Under the pieces are notes generated by a model. The model did no database searches, was not told where the DNA came from, and was given only the letters and a program-made list of their open reading frames with translations. A stretch of DNA of 63,991 bases, counting the filler, from Basidioascus undulatus (taxonomy: Eukaryota): assembly GCA_000826855.1 (NCBI GenBank). It is 5 parts of 5 records of this genome, joined end to end, with 100 filler letters (N's around TTAATTAATTAA, not from the genome) between each part and the next. Parts side by side here need not be neighbours in the genome. Positions count along the whole stretch, not along the records: positions 51,629 to 63,991 come from JTLS01000913.1; 4 more parts are not named here. One strand, given 5' to 3'. Each line of letters begins with the position of its first letter. Position 1 is the first letter of the stretch. The translations under genes were made by a program, and so were the position numbers. Positions 51,703 to 62,830 of this stretch are shown here, piece by piece.

Positions 51703-54700
51703 CACCAACGCCGAACTAGCGCACGATTACTTCCTCCTGCGCCTGCTGCAGGGCGAGATCCCGTGGCAGGAGCTAGACGAGAGCGAAATCATCCGCCGAA
51801 TATGTTCGTCCACTCCCCTCTGTCCCCTCCCTCCTCCACTGCCCCACTTACCCACCTCGTTCTGTCCCTCGTGAACGGAAGCAGTCTGGCCTACTCCCGA
51901 AGACAAAGCGGCGCTCGTGGCGGTGCGGGAGAAGTTTACGGACAACGCGGATTTGTAGTGGGTTGATTTTCGCGTTGACTGTCCCGGGTTTTAATTTTTT
52001 AATTTTTTGTGAGGCCAACTTAGTGATGGATGGGGGGGGACAGCACCGGGACGATGAAGCTCAACGACTCGCAGCGCCAGGCAGCGGGGACGCTCCTCTC
52101 GCCCGAGCCGCGCATCGTGCTCATCCAGGGCCCACCGGGGACGGGCAAGACGCGCTGCATCGCCGCGGCCGTGCACGAGCTTGTGGAGTTTGGGCAGACG
52201 GCGTGGCTTTGCTGCCAGAGCAACATCGGTCGGTCCGCCCTCCTGAGATGAGGAGGTGGGATGGGAAATTGACAATGTGTGGGTGTGGGCGGGTGGGTTG
52301 CGAAGGCACGCTCAACATTGCTACCGCGTTGCTTAAGAACGGGTTTACGAACTTCAAGCTGCTTGTGTCGAAGGACTTTGGGTTCGAGTGGTGCGTAGTT
52401 TTTCCCTCCCTACCCCCCTTCCTCCGTCCCATCTTCCTTCCACATACCAGGCAGAGTTGCTGAGATGCGCTGAGGGTGATGGGTAAAGGCACGAGCACCT
52501 CTATGAGCAGATGCGCGAGAACGTCATCCGCTCGGACGAGCTGCCCCAGAGCCCGTTCCTGACGGAGGACATCCTCGCCGGCACGCCGATCATCCTCTGC
52601 ACGCTGTCGATGCTGTCTAGCCCGGCGCTTGAGGAGCGAGGGGTGTTCCAGGTGCGTGCCGCTCTTCGCACAAGCTTTTCCCCGGCGGTCGAGCTGAATT
52701 GGGGACGAACAGGTCGTCCCCGTCCGGACGCTCATCGTCGACGAGGCGTCGCAGATCCCGACGGGGGAATATCTTGTGCGTTTTCCTTACACCCTACATT
52801 GATCCATTTCCATGTAGCTGACGAGGAAGCAACCAACCCGCAGCACCTGTTCCACCGTCTCCGGGACACGCTCCAAAAAGTCGCGTTCTTCGGTGACCCG
52901 AAGCAGCTAGGCCCGTACGGGTCCGAACAAGTCAAGGAGCTCGAGAGCGTCTACACCGCTGCTTGGCTTCGGCCCTCGGTCGTCTTCCTCAATACTTCTT
53001 GTACGTGCGCTTTTGTTCGGATGTGGTTGGTGGATGTTTGGGGCTGATGTGAAAGAGGAGCGCAGATCGGCTGCCGCTTCCGATTGCTGAATGGCTTAGC
53101 GAGGTGCGTTTGAGCTTCGGCTGCAGGGATAGGCTGTGATGGGGTTGCTGATAACGGGATTGCTGATAACTACATCTGCTCGGCAGGCGATATATAATGC
53201 AAGTTTGGCCTGTGGTTTTGAGACAGATGGGCAGGGACGGATGCGCTAATGCGTCGTCGGTGGGCTCGCAGGGCAAGTTGAAAGCCGACCACCCGATCAG
53301 CGACCCGTCTTGTTGCGCCTTCGTGGATGTGGACAAGTCGTCTGAGAGCAAGCAGGGCACGTCTTGGAGGGTGTGTTGCGTATCCAACCATCTTGTCGAC
53401 ATCGGTTCGCTGACATGATAATGTCCAGAACCTGGAGGAAGAGAATACGTGCGCCTGTGTACTTCCGGAACGAAGGTTGTTCAGTGCTCACGCGAGGGAT
53501 GGGCGGCCGCAGGATCGTCAACCTCGTCCGGAACTACTACAGGCATCGCAACTTCGTGATTGTGTCGTAAGTGTTCCCCTGCTGATGCAAGAACATAGTA
53601 TGCTGAACGTGTCGGTCGGTCTTGCAGCCCTTACGACAGTCAGCGCAACTCGATCGAGGGCGCACTTAGACGCGCGGGCCTGCCGTACGAGGGGCGGGTG
53701 TTCAACCTCGACAGCTATCAGGGCAACGAGTGCGATTATATCTTGATCAGGTTCGTGCTTCCCCATAATCAGCTAATCAGCTGTGGCTGACGAAAGCGGT
53801 GTGGGATGGAAATGGGAACAGTCTTGTCCGCACGACTCGACCGGGGTTCTTGATCCATGACAATCGCATGAATGTGATGTGCGTGCAAAGTTGTGAAGGA
53901 AGTTTGAGATAGAGAAATGGGAGCTGATTTAGGTGGCCGTCCAGGTTGTCGCGTGCGACGAAGGGGATGGTCATTGTTTCGCAGGTAAGCCGGGCGCATT
54001 GTTCTCGGAAGACAGCCGCTGACTTGGGATTTGATCTACAGCGCAAGTACCTTAAGGTCCGTTGCGCTTCGGGTGTCGCTGTTGCACGCCACTGAGATGG
54101 CTGATGATTTGTTCAGACTGGAGGTCTCGCCCTGGTGGCGAAGATGGCGAACTACTGGGAGAAGAAGCGTCCTTGGGTGAGCGGCGTTCTCGAGCGTCGA
54201 AGCCGGATGCGGATGCTTAATGATGGAAAATGGACAGGTGGACTGGAGAGACACCGCCAATGGCTATGTGGACCTGCCTGGCTGCCCCGCTCCCAACCCG
54301 CGCGAGGTAAGCCACCGAATCACGCGTCCAGCGCTGGCGGCGTTGCTGACGAATCACCGCCGCTTTGTCGCTTTGCAGCGCCCCGCCAGCCCTGTGGTCA
54401 GCATCCGCTCCTCGCCAACATCGCGTCCCGGCTCTGCGCTCGGCTACGCGGCCGCGCCCGTCGCGTCAAGCTCGAAGGCGCCCATGAACGGCAATAGCGT
54501 TTGGGGCGGCGCGGACAAGGGCCACAAGGCCAAGGTCTCGGTCGCTTCGAACGTCGTCCATACCTGGCAGCTGTCCGAAGCGGCCGCGAAGAAGGTAAAC
54601 CGCTTCGCTTCTGCGCTTGTCGATCTGCGGGCGCTGACATGTTTCTCGATGGTACACAACAGCAAGCCGCTCGCGATACTAAAGCTGCCGCCGCAGCTGT

Positions 54701-57666
54701 CGCAGCGGCGGCACAGCCAAAAAGTGGGCGATTTCTTTTTGAAAGCCTTCGCGCATGGCCATAATGCTGATGCCAATTCAAAATGCTAGACGTCATCTGT
54801 CCTCAGTTCATCGAGCACGGCCAGCGCGGGACAAAGAATTGCAAGACGCTCCATACCAAGCGGTCCGAGAAGCCTGTCATCTCCCACAAAAGCAAGCTCT
54901 ATCGCAGTGTGTGCTTTTCGGACGTTTAGTCAGGCGCCGACGGCTGCTGACCAGGCTCATCGCATCCGAGCCGAGCAGCCAAGCCTTGCAAGTGCGTACT
55001 GTGCTGCAACCGCAGGAAATCGCTGCTGGACGTCCGATGTCTAAGCTGTTTTCTGCCCCTCCCAGGTTCTTCGCCAAAGGCAACTGCGTCGCCGGCGACG
55101 CCTGCAGCTTTCTCCACGACGAAGCGCCGCCGAAAGTGCCCCGCGTCCCGGTCGCGCCCGAGATGGTGCAGCCTCGTCGCGCCGAGACGCCCGTCCAGGG
55201 TCTCCCCACGCCGCTCCCGTCCGAGCCACCCTCGCCGGTGAAGCAGTACGCGCACGTTCAACAGCAGCAGCAGCAGCAGCAGCAGCCCGCCAAGGTTGGC
55301 GCGTCGCGCTACGACGCTTTGGAGTACGACCACACGTCCGAGGCGGCTTCTTCAGCCGACTATGAGAGCTCGCAGACGGAGGATGTGCGTATCGCCTGCG
55401 AGTTTTTTCTTACGCACGTACGAAAAGCTGATTGAACGCTGTCAATAGTCCGTAGAGCTGAGTCCCACGGCAGTGCAGCTCGACATCAACGCGCCGCTGC
55501 TCCTGCCCCGGCTCGAGGAGGAGCTCGCCGCGATCGGCGAGCGCTACTACGCCTCGAACGGCGCGCCAAGCTCGAAAGCAGAGCTGCTCGAATTCGTCGT
55601 CTACCACCTTTTTGAGAACTCCAAGGACTCGCTCGACGCGCTCGAGAGCCTCGCTGCGCGCTACCCGCAGCCGCTCGCGAAGCACATCGACGACCCCATG
55701 TTTGGCGGCTGGCCGCCCTTGTTTTGGGCGATCGTCTGGTGCGTTGGCGCTGTTGTTTTCTGAACTCTCGTGTCGTGCTAATGAACGTGTTTCCGCAGGA
55801 ACGAGCCCGGCTTCAAGCTTGTAGAGTTTTGTCTTCGGAACGGCGCCGACGTCAACGCGACGGGCCCGCACGGCATCCCCGCTTTGGCGTTCAGCATCCT
55901 CCACCATCACTCGTTCGAAAATGTTCGTTGCTGCGCAGCTTGTGGAACACACGCGCTTGCTGAACCCCCTCCCCTTCCCCCCTCCACATCGACAGAGCGT
56001 CATGACCAAGTTTCTTCTCCTCGCCGGCGCCGATCCATTCAGTATCCCCGCTTCCGTCCTCACGCCCGTGGCGGAGCTCGACCAGCCACTGATCCCTATC
56101 ACTCCGGCTTCGTCGTGGTGTACTCAGCCCTGGCAAGCGAAGCTCAAGGAGAGCATGAGCACCTACATCCAGTACGCGCGCGCTGTCCCCCCACTCAACG
56201 GCATCTCACGCGCCTGATGTTCCCGTACGCAGATACATCATCTACAAGGCGTGCGCTCGTCCCGCCCCAACGCTCCGGCAGGCCAAGGTCCTTCAGGCTT
56301 CGGGGCTGGCGAAGTTGCCCAAGGCCATGTCAGTATTTGTCGGCGGCGACACGGCGTACGACGCCATGCTGGACGCCGTCGTCGCACATCGCTTGAACCC
56401 GGACGTGCGTCCGCTCATCCTCGCTTTCACTGGTAAGCGCGGCGTTGTGCTTGGTCTCATGAGAGGCCGTCCTGAATAATCGTTTGCTTGAACAGGTCAA
56501 CGCTCGCACGGCAAGCGGCGTCTGGCGCACAACTGTAAATTTCCTGAACCCAGCGATCGGTCTGGTGAGGTACCATTACTGACTTGACCGACGCAGTGGG
56601 CACCGTGCTGGACATTCCCCTGCTCGCCATCGATCTCGTCAACGCGCAGCACGAGAATTCTCTCTTCGGCCAGACTGCGTCGGGAGAGGTGTGTCGTCAA
56701 CGTGTTGAGATCAAACTCCTTCCATCTCTAACTGCCCGACCGGCGGCTACAGGGCATGGCGCTCAACGACTTTCTGCAGAGCAACGCGGGAAAGCAGGCG
56801 CTGGTGTTCCTGGACGAGCCCAGGAAGCTGAAGGGCAGCCTGCGTTTGGTCGTGAGTCCGACATTGTCATATTTTCACTTATACGTGCTGACCTGTTTTC
56901 CTCACCTCTCCAGGACATCCTCTCTCAGATCGCGCAGGGCAGCTTCACCGACAAGCGCGTCGGACCAGTGGACGTCTCGTCTATCATCTGGATCGTTGGC
57001 ACGGAAGCGGGATCGTCTACGATTGGTGCGCTTCTCGTTTCCTCCTTACTGGTGAGAGCGTGCTGATTCGTCCATGGCTCCGATTAGGCACATACATGGA
57101 GAAGCACCCGGAGCGGTTCGTCGGAGGTCGCGCACTCGCGAGAGGTCTGCAGCGCTTGCAAGAGTGAGTCGTCTGTGTGCCTGTACGTAAGGGCTATGTA
57201 GGCTGATGCGAGGAGCGCGATGCAGGCTTATCATCAAGAAGAACCTAAAGAAGCTCGGGGTAAGCGTCAACTGGTTCCTGGCTTTCGGTGGGGTGCTATG
57301 CCTAATTTTTTTTTAATTCCGCAGGACGCCATCCCGACCTACGTGACAGCCGTCGTTCCCTTCCTGCCCTTCACTCTCCCGGAAGCCGCCGCGCTCGCAT
57401 CGCAGGAGCTGCTCAGGCTCAAGCGGCAGCTCATCAGCATCATCGACGCCGAGTCGCTGGCCGAGCAAGAGCTCTTCACGATCCAGGACGAGTACGAGCT
57501 CGCGCGCTGGCTGGCGCGTAAGTACAGCCCCGAGCGCGGGGCTGAGAGCGTCTGCGAGGCTGCGGAGCAGTGGGTGGAGAACCCAGTCCGCATTCCGGGC
57601 CCGGGGGCGAAGAAGACGGAGGAGGAGGTGCAGTGGACGGCGGTGAAGAAGGGGGGGAGGGCCTAA
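51703..57666 (+). CDS. Multidomain fusion: Upf1/DNA2/NAM7-like SF1 helicase + 2x CCCH zinc finger + polyQ + ankyrin-like repeats + degenerate ClpB-NBD2-like AAA+ domain (5' end lost in gap)
   Basis: Helicase motifs LNDSQ, QGPPGTGKT, IVDEASQ, FGDPKQLGP, LNTSYR, SPYDSQ, DSYQGNE, RMNVMLSRA. Fingers CPQFIEHGQRGTKNCKTLH and LYRTKPCKFFAKGNCVAGDACSFLH. Ankyrin-like GWPPLFWAI..LVEFCLRNGADVNA and GIPALAFSI..KFLLLAGADP. AAA+ PLILAFTGQRSHGKR, LVFLDE, VVPFLPF, YSPERGAE. About 33 short introns keep a single frame. Confidence 0.8.
55259..55285 (+). repeat. CAA(CAG)8 microsatellite encoding Q9
   Basis: caacagcagcagcagcagcagcagcag in the linker of the helicase fusion gene. Confidence 0.9.
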
Positions 57667-57792
57667 GGGCGTTGCTAGGTTCGAATACGGTGGAGCCGGA
57701 CCAGGTTTCGCGTATGCGCAGTTTGGTTACAAACTAGGCGATATGCAGACTATGCGACCCAACCAAGCGACACGTACCGAGGATGCACGCCA

Positions 57793-58560
57793 TTAATCCC
57801 GCTTGACAACCCACCCATCTCCCTCCAGCACGTCTAGCGCCCCCTTGAGAGCTGCTTCCTTGACCAGCACGAAGTCGGTGTCCCTATCCGAACATATGTC
57901 CACATGAGCGACGAGCAGGCAGGTGGCGCTCGCAAGCGGAGGCAAGAGAACGGACCATGTGGATATCACGAACACCGAGACTTCGCCTCGGGCGAGCGTG
58001 CCGCTCAGTTCAGCTATGATGCCCACTACCGAGAACTCAAACGGCCTGGTTTAAGGAGTGCAGCGGTCAACGCTTCTGTCGCATCCCAATGCATCTCATG
58101 GAGCGCCTTGCTTACCCCTGTACTTTCAGAGCCCGCCACGGCCCCTCAGGCCCGCTTATGCCCTCCCCCTCCAACGGCAGATCATCCGACGGGTTGCTCA
58201 AGACTACCGAGATCTCAGCAGCATTGCGCGTTATGGAGTAGAATTCTGGACTCGGCGTAGTGGAGAGGCGCGAGAGAAGGCTTAGAGGGAAAGGTGAGCG
58301 TGCTCGGGCGGCTACGCGAGGAGTCGGGATTAAGTATGAGTCGAACCTCATACAGTGCCTGCAAAACGGTTGTGCACTGTTTGTGTACTGCAATATGTGA
58401 TGGTGGTACGGAGAAGGAGAGGGCTGTGTCGATAACGACTGGAAAGAGGAACGAGCCGAGGCAGTGCGCGAGTTGCTGAGCAAGACAGCCTGATAACCGA
58501 TAACAACGCTGTGCAGTACGCAAACACACTTTGTTGTGTCGATAAGAATTGCAGTGCCAT
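57793..58560 (-). CDS. Small ACT-domain protein (CASTOR/GATS, ACT_7-like), multi-exon
   Basis: EFYSITRNAAEISVV; EGPWRALKVQG|PFEFSVVGIIAELSGTLARGEVSVFVISTW|DTDFVLVKE. The start at 58560 is tentative. Confidence 0.85.
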
Positions 58561-60010
58561 ATAATGCCTGTTGAAACAAGAAAGTAGTAAGAAGAAAAGG
58601 TGAGGAGAAACAGCTGCATGCAACGACGCAATCCATCCAACTTCAAGCACAGAACACCACCGAATTCTGCACTGCGACAGTAACTACCACGTCCGACCTT
58701 CGGAAAGTGCTAATGCATACAACGGCACAACGTCCGAAAAATAATGGTGAGTATGCTGCTGCCTCTTGCTGCTGCCTCTGGCATTTATGCTCTGTATCCT
58801 CCGCATGACCGCAGCACCCTCTCGCTGCCTTCCTCCTTCCGAGCCCCCCTGATGCTTCTCCTTATCTCGCCCTGAACTGGTGAACACGCACTTGAAGACT
58901 GCCTCGCAGTGTTCCAAATCACCCGCTGCGTCGGAAGACCTCCTCCAGCCGGGCCTCTTCTCCGCAGCAGCACAGCTCGCCGCGCACTCCTCTCATGCAG
59001 CGCAACCCTTCTCAATCCGACCTCGATACCGGTGGTACGTCTCTCTTTTCCTTCCCTTGACTGCAGGAATTCACAGAAGGAAAGTATTCCCACTAAGGAG
59101 GACCGCCTACGGAGCGCCAGAGCGCCCTCTTCGTATCTCCGCAGCCGTGGCAGCTGCCCGAGCGTTCGTCCCCCATCCTCCCATTTCCCACTCCAACCTA
59201 GTCTGCCAAATATTAAAATCCACATCCAAAAGGGCTTATCCTCGTGCATGCCCTCTCCATGACCCTAAACTACCTAGTCCTCCCCCATCGCAGTGCTCGT
59301 ACCGCGCTACACGAGGCATCGATGGGGTGCGCCGTTCCTTTTCTCTCCTACCTTTGGAAAATGCCTGCTCAAATGTGGTATCAGAAATGCAAGGTGCGGG
59401 TGATACTCGATGGCTATCAGGGAAGAGTTGCGCACTGACCTGGATGCGAAAGTACAGGCTTGGCTGCGACAACCTGTTCGGGATTTGAAAGGGGCTCTGG
59501 CTGGCTGTTCAGTTGGCAGCGCAATACAGCACGGTTTGAGGAAGACTACAGGCCCGTAACAGCTTGGAACCCCGGGCTATATATTATGGGAAGCTGCTCC
59601 GAGGTAGAAGCGGAAGTGCACGCACATGCGTTGCAGCAGCTGTCTTGAGCTGTCTGCTTCGCCAACCACCAATGCCACAAAGGATACCAGCTGATCACAT
59701 TACAGATCTTGTGATCAACCATTATACATATTCCGGCCTCTGTGAGTGACTTTGCGTGTACGTAGGGACCCCTTCTGCCCCGACTTACGGCAGGACGCCA
59801 CCGCCGCCTCTTCGACCTGCTGAACCTGTTCAGCGAGCGCTCACTCTTGCTTTGTCAGAGTAGCAGTTAGACGTGTGTCGTCCTTATTCACGTCGGATCA
59901 CGGTGCTGGAAGATAATCGCGTTCATGAGTTCTCGGACCCTCTGAAATGGCAATTGTGAGACCGCTCTTCACAATCCCTTTCATCTACGGACCCATAACT
60001 TGCCGGAGGA

Positions 60011-60880
60011 ATGACCTACGCTGAATCGCAACGCTTAGGACGGCAAAGTGGCCATCGTTACCTGTGAGCCACTGGCCGCATGGATTCTCGACGGGACTGC
60101 GAGACTGACTGTCCGATGAATCAGGGGGTAGCGGCGACGGCTTCGGCGCGGCCATCACCAAACGCTTTGTTTAGGTTGGTGCAAAGGTGGTCGTCATTGA
60201 CATCAATTCTAACAAGGGCAAAGCAATCGCTGCAACGAGCCCCAACATCGCATTCCTTCACGGCGAGGTGACGAAGGCCGATACGTGGACGGAAGCAGTA
60301 GAACTCGCTCACAAACAGTTTGGCGGCTTTCACATTGTTGTAAACAGCGCTGGTATGTGTGGCCATGCAATCGTAACCCTCGCCGATCGAGACTAACCAG
60401 AAGCGCGGGCTGTCAGTCCACGGCGCACATACGAGCCCAAGGTAAGCGCGGCTGATTTTTGTGTCTTTCGTCACAAACAAACGAGCGATCTGATATAGGT
60501 TTGCTTTCAGAAAGTACATGAGCTGCCTATGGCTCTGTATGACAAGGTGTTCGAGCTCAACTTTCGGGTGCGTGTATTTATGTTTATTCACGTTCATCCC
60601 CAGCCATTGGTCTGATTGCTGTTTTCAGCCGGTTCTCCTGAGTGTGCAAACTCTCGCACCTTCCATCCTCAAAGATGGCGACGGAAACTTTGTCAGCATC
60701 TCAAGGTGAGCTTGGCCCGTCTCGCCCACCGCACGCGATGAAAGAGTTGACGGGACTCTGTAGCACTGGGTACACACGCCCCAGGGCCGGCTTTGCGTTC
60801 TACAAGCTATTTCAACAGGTTTTTGGTGATTCTTTCTTCTGATTCGAAGTACAACAGTGCTTCGAAAGCGGCTGTGACGG
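60011..60880 (+). pseudogene. Short-chain dehydrogenase/reductase (FabG/TsaC-like) pseudogene
   Basis: RL/DGKVAIVT needs a 1-nt frameshift near 60038. GSGDGFGAAITKRFV* carries TAG at 60172-60174. Also KVVVIDIN, HIVVNSAG, RPRAGFAFY and YNSASKAAV. The C-terminal part is not recognisable. Confidence 0.8.
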
Positions 60881-61755
60881 TATGCTTTTTAGCTACGTGT
60901 TTGACACATCAACTCGGCTCATCATGCGCAAATGATTCCCGTCTAATGAGTGTTCGAGGTCTGCAATGACTCCAGCACCAGCGTGCCAGTCACCAACTGT
61001 TCTGTGAGCGGGCTTCCCTACCAAAACTTCCCCCGTATTTTCCGCGCCATCATGAAGTGGAAAACCGAGGAAAATGTAACTCTGAGCATCTAAGTGTATG
61101 TTCGTGCGCTGGAGTTGCGGCGCTCAGTGGACTGTCAGCGATGCCAGCCTGCAGAGTCCGCAGATCGTCTTTAGCGTCCTGTCGTCCTCCCCACCCCCCC
61201 TGAACCACTGTGGAAATTTTTCTTCAGATTTCAATTCTGTTCTATGCTTTCCGGCCATGGGACTGTGTCGGTCAGTCCCTTTCTGTGACGCTGTGCAGCT
61301 CTGCACGGCTGCTGAAGTCGATGCCAGATAGGTGCAATACTTTTTCTTGCTTGAACTTTTGACCAAGTCAAAGAGCACACCTGAACATTATACATTCTCC
61401 CGCCTCTAGTGCAACACTGCGACTCTCAGCGCGTGTGTTTTCCGAAACAACTACACCGATCTTACCATGCTATCCTCAATTATATATATCCTTCTCGCGG
61501 AAAGTACCCCGTCATGATCGCGGCGCTATTCCGAGGACTCAACAGTCACACGACTTTGCGCGACACTCTGTAGGTACATAAAAGGCGATTGGTTGCAAGT
61601 TGACCGACCGGAAGTCGGATGTTCTGGCGTCGGGCCGGTTGCCCTAGAGCCTGGCAGCTGGACGTTGCTGGGCAAGACAGGTAAAGGATCACCGTCAACC
61701 AGTTTCGCTCGTTCTTCGTTGTTTACTATTTCGTCCTTGCTGAATCTCAGGGGCA

Positions 61756-62830
61756 CTTTCAAACCCGCCATAGCGAGCGTCAGCCTCGGCCGCGCCTCCG
61801 CTGGCCACTCGCTCGACAGCAAGCCCGTCGCTGCAGCCGGGCTGGGTTCACAGGCATCGAGATCTTCTACGAATGTTTCGAGGCCTTCAGCAACACTCTT
61901 CACCACCGCTGGGCGCCTCGTCGCCGCCGCCCGGCAAGTCGCCGCTCGGTGCAGTGAGCTCCCTCTCCAGGTCGTTTGATTCCAGCCCTTCGCCGACTAC
62001 GGCGGCCTGGTCGATCGGGCAAAGCACGCCGAGCCCCTCAAGGACGCGAAGCTTTGGTTCGAACTCGCGACGATCCTCAAGGCGGAGGCGATTAAGGTCC
62101 CGGCAACCTTCCGCGTATGCGTCTGAGTTTTCGGCGGACAAGTCGCTCATTGCCGCAGACTTGCGCGAGCGTGCGCCTTGCCGCGCCGCACGGCTTCCGG
62201 CTTGCGTACGAGCAGACTGTGAGTTTTTCTTAATTCTATTATTTTTTGGCTACATCTGGTTTCTAAACACTCTCCCAGGCTTGGAGTACGCACGTCGACT
62301 GGTGGAAACCCGCGTACGAGATCATCCTCCTGGTGGACAGACCCAACTTCGGCATGGACACGTTCCACATTCGCCGGACGCGAGTACGATGACCCGACAA
62401 TCGAGTCCGGCCTTCCCGCCGCACCGGATGCCTTCGAGCGCAGCATGCGCGAGACGACGGCGACCCTTCGGGTGGAGGACATCATCTACTTCCAGCTCTC
62501 CGACGCGAGCCTCGTCGCCCCTCCCCTCCCGCACCACCCGCTGTACGACCAGTTCCGGGTGTTCTCGTTCGAGGAGCCTGAGCACGGCGGCTACCTCCCG
62601 TTGGACTTGACGAGCAAGGCGGTGCTCGACACCGGCTACACCGGCTGGCTCAGCATGGAGATCTTCAATGCGTCTCTTTACGAAACGTACGTGCGCCCCG
62701 TATTTTTATTCTTCAGAACATTAAGGGGCTTATCCCAGTGGAGGTTTGGACGGGTAGCGACCCCAATGTGCCGCGCGAGCACGCACAGCGGGGAATGAGG
62801 TCGTTCCGTGAAGTCTGTAGCCGATTCGGA
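61756..62830 (+). pseudogene. Xylose-isomerase-like TIM barrel (AP_endonuc_2; 3-dehydroshikimate dehydratase-like) pseudogene
   Basis: FKPAIASVSLGRASAGHSL; GFTGIEIFYE (shifted frame); LQVV*FQPFADYGGL; AWSTHVDWW..LVDRPNFG.DTFHI; IIYFQLSDA; GYTGWLSMEIF. Several frameshifts and a stop. Confidence 0.8.

Noticed and set aside
57667..57720. GGTTCGAAT resembling a tRNA T-loop (also TAGTTCGAAT near 1041)
   Set aside because: No T-stem pairing, cloverleaf or A-box could be built.
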